From the NCBI GenBank assembly GCA_965202985.1, contig CBDBCF010000001.1, forward strand, positions 992,001-1,056,000: 64,000 nt of DNA, given 5' to 3'. The notes under the pieces were generated by a model. It saw only the letters and a list, made by a program, of their open reading frames with translations. It was not told where the DNA came from and did no database searches. Below are positions 10,249-18,898 of this stretch, piece by piece; position 1 is the stretch's first letter; each line of letters begins with the position of its first letter. Position numbers and translations under genes: made by a program. Source of the DNA: Longimicrobiales bacterium. Lineage in GTDB: Bacteria; Gemmatimonadota; Gemmatimonadetes; Longimicrobiales; Gaopeijiaceae.

Positions 10249-10276
10249 AATCTAGGGCGTCGCGGGGGGCGGTCAA
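10249..10276 (-). promoter_or_regulatory. Putative sigma70 promoter, likely leaderless transcript of the ABC operon
   Basis: Minus strand TTGACC-N16-TAGATT-N7-ATG(10241); no SD sequence before the ATG. Confidence 0.45.
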
Positions 10277-10458
10277 GTCCCCGGCGAGAAGCCGGCCCGC
10301 CTGAATCGCCGGCGGCCGACGGGACTCCCGAACGCCTGTTGGGGACGACGGGTTGACCCGGCAGGAGCGGTATGCGATGGATACTTGTCGGAGCCGGAAT
10401 GCGCCGGCTCCCGCAACCAGCCAACCCGCCCGGAGAGGCGAGGAAAGGAGCAGAGCAG

Positions 10459-11430
10459 ATGGACGGAATCGGAGACGTGGGAATCGTGACGGCCGTGATC
10501 GCCGTGGCGACATGGATCAGCAACCACGTAACTGGAAAACGGTTCGACGAGCTGTCCGAACGGATCGAGACGGTGAGGAACGAACTGTCCGAACGCATCG
10601 ACGCGGTGAGGAACGAACTGTCCGAACGCATCGACGCGGTGAGGAACGAACTGTCCGAGCGCATCGACGCGGTGAGGAACGAACTGTCCGAGCGCATCGA
10701 GACGGTGAGGAACGAACTGTCCGAGCGCATCGACACGGTGAGGAACGAGCTGTCCGAACGGATCGACACGGTGAGGAACGAGCTGTCCGAGCGCATCGAC
10801 ACGGTGAGGAACGAGCTGTCCGAGCGCATCGACACGGTGTCCGAGCGCATCGAAGCGGTGAGGAACGAACTGTCCGAACGGATCGACGCGGTGTCCGAGC
10901 ACACGGAGACCGTCAGGATCGAGCTGTCCGGCCAGGTCGAGGCTGTCGGGAGGGAGGGTCGAGAGGCTCACGCCGGCATTGCAGAGAGCATCAAGGAGTC
11001 GGAAGCACGGACGGTCGCTGTTCTCGGTCAGCGGATCGACGACCTGGGAGACGCGGTCAATCGTAGGATCGACGACGCCGTGGCGTATGGCGAGAAGCAG
11101 ATCGCCGCGGTCAAGGAGTCGACCAGCTCGCAGATCAAGTCCTGTCGCAAGTCCACCGACGCCCAGATCGCGTCCTATCGCGAAACCGTCGACGCCCAGA
11201 TCGCATCTTTTCGCGAGTCCACCAATACGCAGATCGCGTCTTTTTGCGAGTCCACCAATACGCAGATCGCCTTTTTCCAGAAGGCGACCGAGCAACAGGT
11301 CGCGGCGATCCGGGAATCGTCGGACAGGCACGTGGCGGCCATGGATCGGCGGTTCGACGACCTGAAGGACTTCGTGGCGAGACGGGACGGAGCGCCAGGG
11401 CTCCCAGCGACGGAGTCAGAGCGAGCTTAG
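10459..11430 (+). CDS. Membrane-anchored hendecad (11-residue) repeat coiled-coil protein
   Basis: ATG 10459 after AGGAAAGGAG. Short hydrophobic N-terminus, 8 full ELSERI[DE][AT]VRN units plus partial units, then about 7 degenerate S[FY]RESTNTQIA-type 11-mers. Confidence 0.8.
   Translation: MDGIGDVGIVTAVIAVATWISNHVTGKRFDELSERIETVRNELSERIDAVRNELSERIDAVRNELSERIDAVRNELSERIETVRNELSERIDTVRNELSERIDTVRNELSERIDTVRNELSERIDTVSERIEAVRNELSERIDAVSEHTETVRIELSGQVEAVGREGREAHAGIAESIKESEARTVAVLGQRIDDLGDAVNRRIDDAVAYGEKQIAAVKESTSSQIKSCRKSTDAQIASYRETVDAQIASFRESTNTQIASFCESTNTQIAFFQKATEQQVAAIRESSDRHVAAMDRRFDDLKDFVARRDGAPGLPATESERA
10549..10900 (+). repeat. 33-bp coding tandem repeat (8 full copies plus partial copies)
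   Basis: Unit ~GA(A/G)CTGTCCGA(A/G)CG(C/G)ATCGA(C/G)(A/G)CGGTGAGGAAC, contiguous with no spacers. Confidence 0.95.
11107..11340 (+). repeat. Second, degenerate 33-bp coding repeat block
   Basis: AVKESTSSQIK/SCRKSTDAQIA/SYRETVDAQIA/SFRESTNTQIA/SFCESTNTQIA/FFQKATEQQVA/AIRESSDRHVA; CGAGTCCACCAATACGCAGATCGC occurs twice. Confidence 0.75.
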
Positions 11431-12651
11431 GAATCGGAGCAAGGCGCTCCGGGCCTCGAGGGGGAGGGCGGCGAACGCATCCCGTGCAGAAGTCGCTTCT
11501 CCCCCGTGGGCCGCCACCGCCTGGGCTGCATCCTCGGCGCGCCCGTCGTGAAGTAGCCGCGTTCGGTGGCGGAGCCCCCACAACGGTGCCGTGCGAAGCT
11601 CCTGGGGGGCGGCGCTTCGGCCGCACACGTCGGCCAGGGACGGCCCCATGTCGTGCAGCAGCAAGTCGGAGTACGGGCGAACGGTGCGGTCGGCCAGCGC
11701 GGCGTAGTGCGCCGTCGGACCGGTCCGCACTTCGGGTCGGTGGCAGGAGGCGCAGCCGATCTGGCGGAACAAGGCGGCGCCTTGGGCCAGCGTGTCGGCC
11801 AGCGGGCGCGAGGACGCAGTCTCGGGGGCCGGCGGGGCCAGCAGCCGCACGTAATCCGAGAGCAGGTCCAGCGTGGCTTGGTCGATCTCGGGGTCGGGCA
11901 TGGGGTCGGCCCCGGGCGGGACGGGCACGCCGTTGCGCGGCTCCTCGGCGGGGTGGTCCGGCGTCGTGAATCCGAGCTCGAAGCGCAGGGCGGCGTCCAC
12001 GAAGCCCTGGATGGTGGCGGCGTCGCCTTTGCGCCCGAAGCGGGCCGGTCGGCCGCCGTCCGGTCCCGGCGGGGTCCGCGGCAGGCGACCCGAGATGCCG
12101 TCGGCGTCGGCGTCCTCCGGGTCCGCCCATTCGTCCAGGACGGAATCGGGGACGGCCTCCAGCAGGCCGAGCCCCAGCAAGGGGGGCGCCACCACGCTGG
12201 ATGTAGCCGTGGCGTTTTCTGGAATGTCTTCCGGGGCAACTCCGTGGACGCGTGCCAGCTCCGTTGCCCGGCGCTGGATGTTGTCGCCTCCCTGGGCTTC
12301 CAGCAGGTCGCACTGGCCGTCGGCGAAGCGGGTGGCTTTGAGAACGGGGAACCGCGTGCCTCCGCCGCCTACGACGGGCTGGTCGTGGCAGTCGCTGCAC
12401 CGCTTGGCGTTGTAGAGGGGGCCCAGGCCCTCGTCGGCGGTGGCCAGGCGCTCGAAGAGGGCGCGGCCCACGAAGAAGCGACCCCGCTCGCCGGGGGCCA
12501 AGTCGGGAAGGGGTTCGCCGGGCGCTGCGTAAGGCACGGCGGGCGCGCGGTCGGAGGCATTGTTGCAAGCGGCGGGAGTCAAGGCCGCCAGGAGGAGAAC
12601 GCCGCGAGCGCTGCGGCAGCCGCACGCACGGGGCGCGGACGGCCGGATCAC
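11416..12651 (-). CDS. Di-haem oxidoreductase (DHOR)-family lipoprotein, paralogue of 1-989
   Basis: GTG 12651 overlaps upstream stop. Possible lipobox PAAC. CSDCH and CASCH haem motifs; GLGPLYN, PPLLGLGLLEAVPD, YSDLLLHDMG, LHDGRA. Confidence 0.85.
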   Translation of the reverse strand: MIRPSAPRACGCRSARGVLLLAALTPAACNNASDRAPAVPYAAPGEPLPDLAPGERGRFFVGRALFERLATADEGLGPLYNAKRCSDCHDQPVVGGGGTRFPVLKATRFADGQCDLLEAQGGDNIQRRATELARVHGVAPEDIPENATATSSVVAPPLLGLGLLEAVPDSVLDEWADPEDADADGISGRLPRTPPGPDGGRPARFGRKGDAATIQGFVDAALRFELGFTTPDHPAEEPRNGVPVPPGADPMPDPEIDQATLDLLSDYVRLLAPPAPETASSRPLADTLAQGAALFRQIGCASCHRPEVRTGPTAHYAALADRTVRPYSDLLLHDMGPSLADVCGRSAAPQELRTAPLWGLRHRTRLLHDGRAEDAAQAVAAHGGEATSARDAFAALPLEARSALLRFLSSL

Positions 12652-13982
12652 GTCCCGGCGCCCTCCAGCATCCGCCGAGCCTGGACGACGGCGGCCATGA
12701 CGCCGCGCTCCCGCAGTTGGGCGCTTGCCCGCTGGGACAACCAAGCCTGGAACAGGGGCGACAGCGAACGGAGCTGCCCTCGGCGCGCCACGACTGCTTC
12801 CATGTGGCGGGCAAGCCCAGGGCGGGACGGGGCATCGGGCGAATCCAGCGCCAGCGCGGCGGTCCAGTACTCGACCTCGTCGGCGTGCGCAGCGGCCATG
12901 GCTTCTTCTACGGTTGCGTCCAGGGCGAATCCGCGCTCCCGCACGTCGGCCAAGCGCAGCTCGCGAACGGCCAGCTCCTGCACCAGCTCCGCCTGCGCAT
13001 CCTGGTCGGCGCCGGCCAGCTCCGCCCGAGCGCCGGACGGCAGGAACACCACGTAGCGGGCCGCGTCGCCCGCTGTCAGCGCGCCGCCCTCCCATTCGGC
13101 CAAGGTTAGCTCCGAGTCCAGCCACTCGGACGGCCTGGCGGCCAGCCGGCCCACGACTTCGGTCGCCCCCGCGACGGTGCGCATCTGCCGTTCGGTCCGC
13201 TCCCGTTCGTTGGCGCGCGCATCCGCCTCGGCCAGCCGGCGCTGTCTCAACCGGTCGGCAAAGAGGCTGCGAACCTCCACCAGTCGAGGCCGGTAGACGA
13301 CGTGGAAGCCGGCGCGACTCTGCACAACGCCCGAGATCTGGCCGGGCTGCAAGCGGAAAGCGGCCAAGTCCAAGGTGGTGGGCAGCTCGCCCTGGGCCAC
13401 GAGTCCCAGCAGTCCGCCGGCCGCGCGCGAGCGGGCGTCCTCGCTCTCGGCGACCGCCGCGTTCCATGGGCCCCCGTCCACCAGGGACTGCAGGATGCGC
13501 TCGGCGGTCCGCTGCTGCAGCACGCGCTCGGCCGACGACGTCTCGGGACCCACCCTGCGAACGACGTGGGCTACGAGCCGCAACGAGCCTGCGTGAAAGG
13601 CGCTGTCCACGGCGTTGGGGCCGAGTGCCGACGCCGCGCCCAGTCGTTCCTCGCGGTCGGCGGCAAGCAGGGCCTCTCGCCGGTCCAGCCACGACGCGGC
13701 CCTCAGCGCTTCGGAGCCCAAGAGGGAATCGCCCGCCGCAGCGCGCAAAGCCAGCGACGCCGCGCCCTGCCAGTGACGGGCCAGCGACGCCGCCGAGGCC
13801 GAATCCAGCGGAAACGGCTGGGCCAGGACCAGCAGCTCCGCCAAGCGGTCTTCGGACAGGCTCCAGTCGCCGGCCGTCGCCACTAGGCGGCGGCGCGCCA
13901 AGTCGTCGCAAGCGGAGGACCCGAGCACGCCTGCGAAGGCGAGCGCCGCAAGGGCGCTCCGCGATCGCGGCCCTTGGGCCAA
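12648..13982 (-). CDS. Parvulin/PpiC-type peptidyl-prolyl isomerase (SurA/PrsA-like) lipoprotein
   Basis: Lipobox SSAC. SEDARSRAAGGLLG...AAFRLQPGQISGVVQSRAGFHVV rotamase motif. Confidence 0.75.
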   Translation of the reverse strand: MAQGPRSRSALAALAFAGVLGSSACDDLARRRLVATAGDWSLSEDRLAELLVLAQPFPLDSASAASLARHWQGAASLALRAAAGDSLLGSEALRAASWLDRREALLAADREERLGAASALGPNAVDSAFHAGSLRLVAHVVRRVGPETSSAERVLQQRTAERILQSLVDGGPWNAAVAESEDARSRAAGGLLGLVAQGELPTTLDLAAFRLQPGQISGVVQSRAGFHVVYRPRLVEVRSLFADRLRQRRLAEADARANERERTERQMRTVAGATEVVGRLAARPSEWLDSELTLAEWEGGALTAGDAARYVVFLPSGARAELAGADQDAQAELVQELAVRELRLADVRERGFALDATVEEAMAAAHADEVEYWTAALALDSPDAPSRPGLARHMEAVVARRGQLRSLSPLFQAWLSQRASAQLRERGVMAAVVQARRMLEGAGT

Positions 13983-13983
13983 G

Positions 13984-14454
13984 CTACCGAACAGTCACGT
14001 AGATGGTGTCGGCGACGGGCGGGTCCAGGGGAATGTGCACGCCGTCGGCCACGACCGCGATGATCCGGTGTTCGCCCGGCATCAAGTCCTCCAGGGTGAA
14101 CTCGGTCTCGGCTTGCCCCATGTGGTAGTGGACGCCGGGATCGTTGGCGATCGGCAGCTCCCACTCCACGTCGCCGTCGACGATCAGGTGATGGTGGCCC
14201 GTGCCGGCGTCCATCGTGCCCGCCGGGACGATCTCCAGGCCCGTCGTTTCCATGACCACCCGCAGCGGACCCGCGTCCACTTGGGCGCCGTCTTCGGGCT
14301 GCGTGATCGACACGGTCGCGCGTACGGTTTCCGCTTCGGGCACTGCGGCTGCGGCCTCCGGGGGCGCCTCGCCGGCCTCGTCGGCCCCATCGCCTCCGCC
14401 GCCGCAGCCGGTGGCGACAAGGACGATTCCAACTGTGATCGCGGTCCGCGTCAT
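13984..14454 (-). CDS. DUF4399-like lipoprotein
   Basis: ATG 14454 after AAAGGAGAAGG. Lipobox ATGC; PAG...GTGHHHLIVD...HMGQAETE...PGEH...ADGVH. Confidence 0.75.
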   Translation of the reverse strand: MTRTAITVGIVLVATGCGGGGDGADEAGEAPPEAAAAVPEAETVRATVSITQPEDGAQVDAGPLRVVMETTGLEIVPAGTMDAGTGHHHLIVDGDVEWELPIANDPGVHYHMGQAETEFTLEDLMPGEHRIIAVVADGVHIPLDPPVADTIYVTVR

Positions 14455-14626
14455 GGTCCTTCTCCTTTGCATGAGGTTCCGTCGGGGGAAGCGGGCGTCG
14501 AACCCGGGGGCAAGTTGGACCTTTTCGGGCGGTCGCGCCAGTGTTGCCCGGCCAGAAGCGGAGGCCGCGCTTCCGGTGGACGTTTGGGGCATGAGCGACG
14601 CGCGTCGCGGGCGTCCGGGCGCTTCC

Positions 14627-15214
14627 TCACAGCCAGAGCACGGCAACGCCCGCCGCCACCAGGAGACAGCCGGCAGGCTTGGTCGCTCTCTCCCCGAAGG
14701 GAAGCGTCGTCTCCGCCGCCATGAAGAGAGCCATGCCGCCCATCCACGCCCAGCCCGCCATGCCGGCCGCGAACGCCAGCAGCATCAGCGCCCAGCAGCA
14801 GCCGATGCAGTAGAGGCCGTGGCGCGCGCCCATTCGCATCCAGCCGGCGGCGCTGCTTCGCCAGTGCGCCAGCAGGTATCCGGCCGGGGAGCGACAGTGC
14901 GTCAAGCAGGCGGCCTTGAGCTTGGTGAACTGAAACAGCCCGGCGGCGATCAGCAGGGCGGCGGAGGCGGTCGGCGCTTCCAGGCCGAACGGGACGGGGA
15001 GCCCCAGCGCCGGCAAGCCGACGTGAGCCCCGGCGGCAGCCGCGCTGAAGCCGGACCACGCCCCGCCGTAGCCGGCGACGAACGGCGCCAACGAGACGGC
15101 TTCCCCTCCCCCGTGGGCCAGTCGGCGGAGAGCGCGGACCCAGGGAAGGACCACCGGCGCCATCATGACGCCCGTCATGGCCAGCCACATGCCGAGGGCG
15201 GCGGGATAGCTCAA
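14627..15214 (-). CDS. DUF2182 predicted metal-binding membrane protein
   Basis: W..M...MM.P, FQFTKLKAACLTHCRSP and GLYCIGCCWALM motifs; adjacent to DUF1326. Confidence 0.8.
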   Translation of the reverse strand: MSYPAALGMWLAMTGVMMAPVVLPWVRALRRLAHGGGEAVSLAPFVAGYGGAWSGFSAAAAGAHVGLPALGLPVPFGLEAPTASAALLIAAGLFQFTKLKAACLTHCRSPAGYLLAHWRSSAAGWMRMGARHGLYCIGCCWALMLLAFAAGMAGWAWMGGMALFMAAETTLPFGERATKPAGCLLVAAGVAVLWL

Positions 15215-15220
15215 CTCAAT

Positions 15221-15868
15221 TCAACTGTCGGAAGGAGGTCCTCCGCCGCCGGCCCAGCTGAAGTTCGACCACAAGCCGTGGGTTCCCCGTGTCTCGACTT
15301 TGATCTCTCCGTCGTCGCATTGGGTCGAACCGGTGGCCACGACTTGGCGAGCGTCGTGAATCTGGTTGTAGATGTTCTCGAAGCTCACCGGCCGGCTCTT
15401 GTCCCGGCCTCGGATCGCCTCCACGGCTCCGCGCAGAACGCCCGTTACGACCACGCTCTTGCTGCGCGGCGCGTCTTCGATCCGCACGGGGACGGTGCGC
15501 GTCGGCAGCCTGGTCGAGACGAAGCGGGACAGCACCTCCCACGGACCTCCGCGCGTCCCGGCCACGATTCCTTCCACCGCCGCGACCTGTGCGGGGTCGG
15601 CCCGGTCGGTCACGAGAAGCCGCTGCTTCCAGCCGCCTTCGATCATGACGGGAGGGGTCTCGAAGACGACGACCGCTTCCAGGCCGGCAAGGCTCGCGCC
15701 CCCCAGCCGACCCTCGCGAAACCGAATCCCCCAAAACCCGTGGCACACGTCGTGCGTGCACTTCTGGCTGAAGTGGACGTGTCCAGGGCACACGGCGGTG
15801 CAGTTGCAGTTCTCGAACAGAAGTCCCTTGGCCCACCAGCCGTCGGTGCTCTCGTTCGTCTTATGCAT
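15221..15868 (-). CDS. DUF1326 family protein
   Basis: W..KG..FENCNC...CP N-terminal motif, C.G, DRADPAQ, GGPW; usual partner of DUF2182. Confidence 0.8.
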   Translation of the reverse strand: MHKTNESTDGWWAKGLLFENCNCTAVCPGHVHFSQKCTHDVCHGFWGIRFREGRLGGASLAGLEAVVVFETPPVMIEGGWKQRLLVTDRADPAQVAAVEGIVAGTRGGPWEVLSRFVSTRLPTRTVPVRIEDAPRSKSVVVTGVLRGAVEAIRGRDKSRPVSFENIYNQIHDARQVVATGSTQCDDGEIKVETRGTHGLWSNFSWAGGGGPPSDS

Positions 15869-16103
15869 TCATGTGCTCCGAACTCCGGCAACAGGCGTCG
15901 AGCGTTCTCGGGGGGTGGGCCGACCGCACTGCTCGCGGCCACTCTGCGCGCTTCGGGGCGAACGATAGCGAGCCCGGCGCCTGCGCGGCACCCCCCGGGG
16001 TCTGCGACTGCTGGACTTTCGCTTGCGCCCGGCGCATCTTGAGAGTCGGCGAATCGCACGGCGAGCGAGGCGCCTCCCCTTGGGCCGAAAGGACTTGGCA
16101 CAC

Positions 16104-16799
16104 GTGAAGAAATCGACGCGCCCGGCGCCGGCTTGGGCAACATTGGCAACGCTCGCCGCGGCGGGATGCGGCGGCGCAGACGACCCCGCTTCCGAGGATG
16201 AGGAAGCCCCCGGCGACACGGCAAGCGCTCTCATGGACCCCGCGACGCTGGCCGAAACGGCGCCGGAGACGTTCCATGCCCGCTTCGAAACCAGCAAGGG
16301 CGTCTTCGTGATCGAGGTCGAACGGGCGTGGGCGCCGCAGGGCGCGGATCGGTTCTACGCGCTGGTCAAGAACGGCTTCTACGACGGCGTTCGCTTCTTC
16401 CGCGTGATGGAGGGGTTCGTGGTCCAGTTCGGCATCCACGGAGACCCGGAGGTGGCGGCGATATGGCGCGACGAGCGGTTCCCCGACGACTCGGTGGTGG
16501 CGTCCAACACTCGCGGCATGGTCACCTACGCCATGAGTTCCGCGCCCAACTCGCGAACCACGCAGATCTTCGTCAACTACGGGGACAACAGCCGGCTGGA
16601 CGAGGACGGCTTCGCCCCCTTCGGCCGCGTCGTCGAGGGCATGGAGGTGCTGGACCAGCTGCACAGCGGCTACGGCGGCACGCCCAGCTCGAATCAAGGC
16701 AGGATCCAGGCCGAAGGCAATGCGTACTTGGAGGAGCACTTCCCGGAGCTGGACTACGTGGTGTCGGCGACCGTCGTCGAATCCGGCGGTCGTCCATGA
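16104..16799 (+). CDS. Cyclophilin-type peptidyl-prolyl isomerase (lipoprotein)
   Basis: FETSKG, FYDGVRFFRVMEGFVVQFG, SNTRG, RTTQIFVN, GFAPFGRVVEGM; lipobox AAGC. Confidence 0.9.
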   Translation: MKKSTRPAPAWATLATLAAAGCGGADDPASEDEEAPGDTASALMDPATLAETAPETFHARFETSKGVFVIEVERAWAPQGADRFYALVKNGFYDGVRFFRVMEGFVVQFGIHGDPEVAAIWRDERFPDDSVVASNTRGMVTYAMSSAPNSRTTQIFVNYGDNSRLDEDGFAPFGRVVEGMEVLDQLHSGYGGTPSSNQGRIQAEGNAYLEEHFPELDYVVSATVVESGGRP

Positions 16800-17314
16800 C
16801 CCGTACCGAGGCCTCCCGGACCGTCGCCGCAACTCCGGCGATCGTCTTCCAGGTTCTGTCCGACGCCGCCAACTTCGCCAAGGCGGTGCCTGCGATCCGC
16901 AAAGTCGAGTTCCTCTCGGAAGTCCGCAACGGCGTGGGAACCCGGTTTCGCGAGACGCGCGTCATGCGGGGCCGCGAGGCCGTCGCGGTCATGGAGGTCA
17001 CCGAGCATTCGGAAGGGGAGCGGATTTGCTTTCGTTCCGACGCGGGCGGCGCCGTCTGGGACAGCACCTTCGCGGTGGCCCCGATCGACGACGACCGCAC
17101 GCGCCTGCACCTGATCATGGAGGCCCGTCCGTACCGCCTGCTGGCCAAGTTGTTCGTACCCGTCCTTAGGGGCATGGTGGCCAAGGCGGTGGAGTCCGAC
17201 ATGGATGCGGTGAAGGCGTACTGCGAGCGTCCAGCGGACGGAGTGGGCGCGGGCGACGACGCGAATGCGGGCAGTGCGGGCGAAGGGGGCGACGACCACG
17301 GGCGTCATGCCTGA
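16796..17314 (+). CDS. SRPBCC/START-like (polyketide cyclase) family protein
   Basis: ATGA overlap with cyclophilin stop; GVGTRFRETR motif and C-terminal helix DMDAVKAYCE. Confidence 0.75.
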   Translation: MTRTEASRTVAATPAIVFQVLSDAANFAKAVPAIRKVEFLSEVRNGVGTRFRETRVMRGREAVAVMEVTEHSEGERICFRSDAGGAVWDSTFAVAPIDDDRTRLHLIMEARPYRLLAKLFVPVLRGMVAKAVESDMDAVKAYCERPADGVGAGDDANAGSAGEGGDDHGRHA

Positions 17315-18473
17315 ACCGCAAGGAGCGGACGTGCCCGTCACCTTGGGCGTCGAAGAGGAGTTCTTCTTGGTGGACCCGGAGTCCCGCGACCTGCTGGCGG
17401 ACCCCGACCCCGGCATCTTTGCGGCGTGCCGGCGCAACATCGGTCCGCACAAGGTGACGGAAGAGCTGCTTCGGTCCCAGGTCGAGACCAACACGCGCGT
17501 GTGCGGGTCGGTTGCGGAGCTGGCCCAGGCCGTTCGGGAGACGCGACGCGTGGTAGTGGAGGCGGCGGAAGCGCACGGAGCGGCGGTGCTGGCGGCTTCC
17601 ACGCACCCCTTCGCGGCGTGGGCGGACCAGCTGACCACGCCCAAGGACCGCTACCGGGAGTTCCAGGTCACGTACCAGGAGGCGCTGCGACGCTTCCTGG
17701 TGGGCGGGATGCACGTTCACGCCGGCTTCGGCGACGCCGATTCGCGGATTCGCGTCATGACCGCCGTGCGCCGATACCTTCCGCTTCTTCATGCGCTGTC
17801 GGCGTCGTCGCCGTTCAACGAGGGCCGCGAGACCGGCTTCAAGTCGTTCCGGCTGAACTTGGTGGGCGCCTTGCCGCGCACCGGCTTGCCCGGCCCCCTG
17901 TGGTCCAAGGCGGAGTACGACGCGCTGGTGGACGACTATCGGCGGCTTGACTTCATATCGGACGGCAGCGAGCTGTGGTGGGACATCCGGCCTTCTCACG
18001 CCTTCCCCACCATCGAGCTGCGGATCTGCGACATCTGCACGCGCATCGACGACGCCATGGCCGTTGCGGCGCTCTACGCCTGCCTGGTGCGCTGGCTGCT
18101 TCGCCGGGACCGGGCGGGCGCCCTGCCGCCGGAGCCGCCCACCGAGATCATCGCCGAGAACCGATGGCTGGCCCAGCGCTACGGCGTGCTGGCGTTCTTG
18201 GGCAACACGCCGGAACGCGGACGGATCGACGTGGAGGACCAGGCGGTCCGGTTGGTCGAAGAGCTGGCCGAAGACGCCCAGGCAATGGAGTGCGACGCCG
18301 AGCTGGCGCGCGCCCTCCGCATCGTGCACGAAGGCAGCGGGGCCGACGGACAGGTGGACCACTACCGCTTGCGGCTTCTGGACGGGGACGACCGGGACCA
18401 AGCGCTGCGCTCCGTCGTGGACTACGTCGTGGCCGAAACGCGCAAGGGGTCGGGGGCGCAGCCCGCGTCGTGA
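17307..18473 (+). CDS. ybdK: Carboxylate-amine ligase (YbdK/GCS2 family)
   Basis: TLGVEEEFFLVD, ELLRSQVE, STHPF, GMHVHAG, ALSASSPF, WWDIRPS..FPTIELRICD, ENRWLAQRYG. Confidence 0.9.
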   Translation: MPEPQGADVPVTLGVEEEFFLVDPESRDLLADPDPGIFAACRRNIGPHKVTEELLRSQVETNTRVCGSVAELAQAVRETRRVVVEAAEAHGAAVLAASTHPFAAWADQLTTPKDRYREFQVTYQEALRRFLVGGMHVHAGFGDADSRIRVMTAVRRYLPLLHALSASSPFNEGRETGFKSFRLNLVGALPRTGLPGPLWSKAEYDALVDDYRRLDFISDGSELWWDIRPSHAFPTIELRICDICTRIDDAMAVAALYACLVRWLLRRDRAGALPPEPPTEIIAENRWLAQRYGVLAFLGNTPERGRIDVEDQAVRLVEELAEDAQAMECDAELARALRIVHEGSGADGQVDHYRLRLLDGDDRDQALRSVVDYVVAETRKGSGAQPAS

Positions 18474-18898
18474 CCGAGGCTCGCGTCGGCGCCCGCAACT
18501 GCTTCGTGTGCGGGCCGGAGAACCCGGTGGGACTTCGCCTGACGTTCCGGTTGGAGGACGGGGCGTGCGTGTCGGAGTTCACGCCGGACGAGAACCACGT
18601 GGGCTATCCGGGGGTCGTCCACGGCGGGATGATCTACAGCGCCATGGACGACGTGATGGCGAACTGGCTGTACTTGCGGGGCGCGCGCGCCTACACCGCC
18701 CGCTGCGAGATCCGCTACCACGAGCCCATTGCCGTGGGCCAAGCGCTCCGCTTGGTGGGGCGTCAGACAAATCGGAACCGGAAGGTGGCCAAGATGGAGG
18801 CCACGGCGGCGCGCGCGACCGACGGCAAGGTGGTCGCCACGGCCGCCGCCGTCTTCGTGATCTTGGACGAGACCGAGTTCGAAGGGGTGTCGGCCTGA
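18470..18898 (+). CDS. PaaI/hotdog-fold thioesterase
   Basis: CFVCGPENPVGL, GYPGVVHGG..SAMDD; GTGA overlap with ybdK. Confidence 0.85.
   Translation: MTEARVGARNCFVCGPENPVGLRLTFRLEDGACVSEFTPDENHVGYPGVVHGGMIYSAMDDVMANWLYLRGARAYTARCEIRYHEPIAVGQALRLVGRQTNRNRKVAKMEATAARATDGKVVATAAAVFVILDETEFEGVSA

Noticed and set aside
10549..10900. 33-bp repeats as a CRISPR array
   Set aside because: Units are contiguous with no unique spacers, keep the reading frame, vary mostly at synonymous sites, and no cas genes are present.
10242..10904. N-terminal (SMRSDSSFLTV)n extension of the ABC ATPase ORF
   Set aside because: It is the antisense shadow of the + strand repeat gene; the ATPase begins at ATG 10241.
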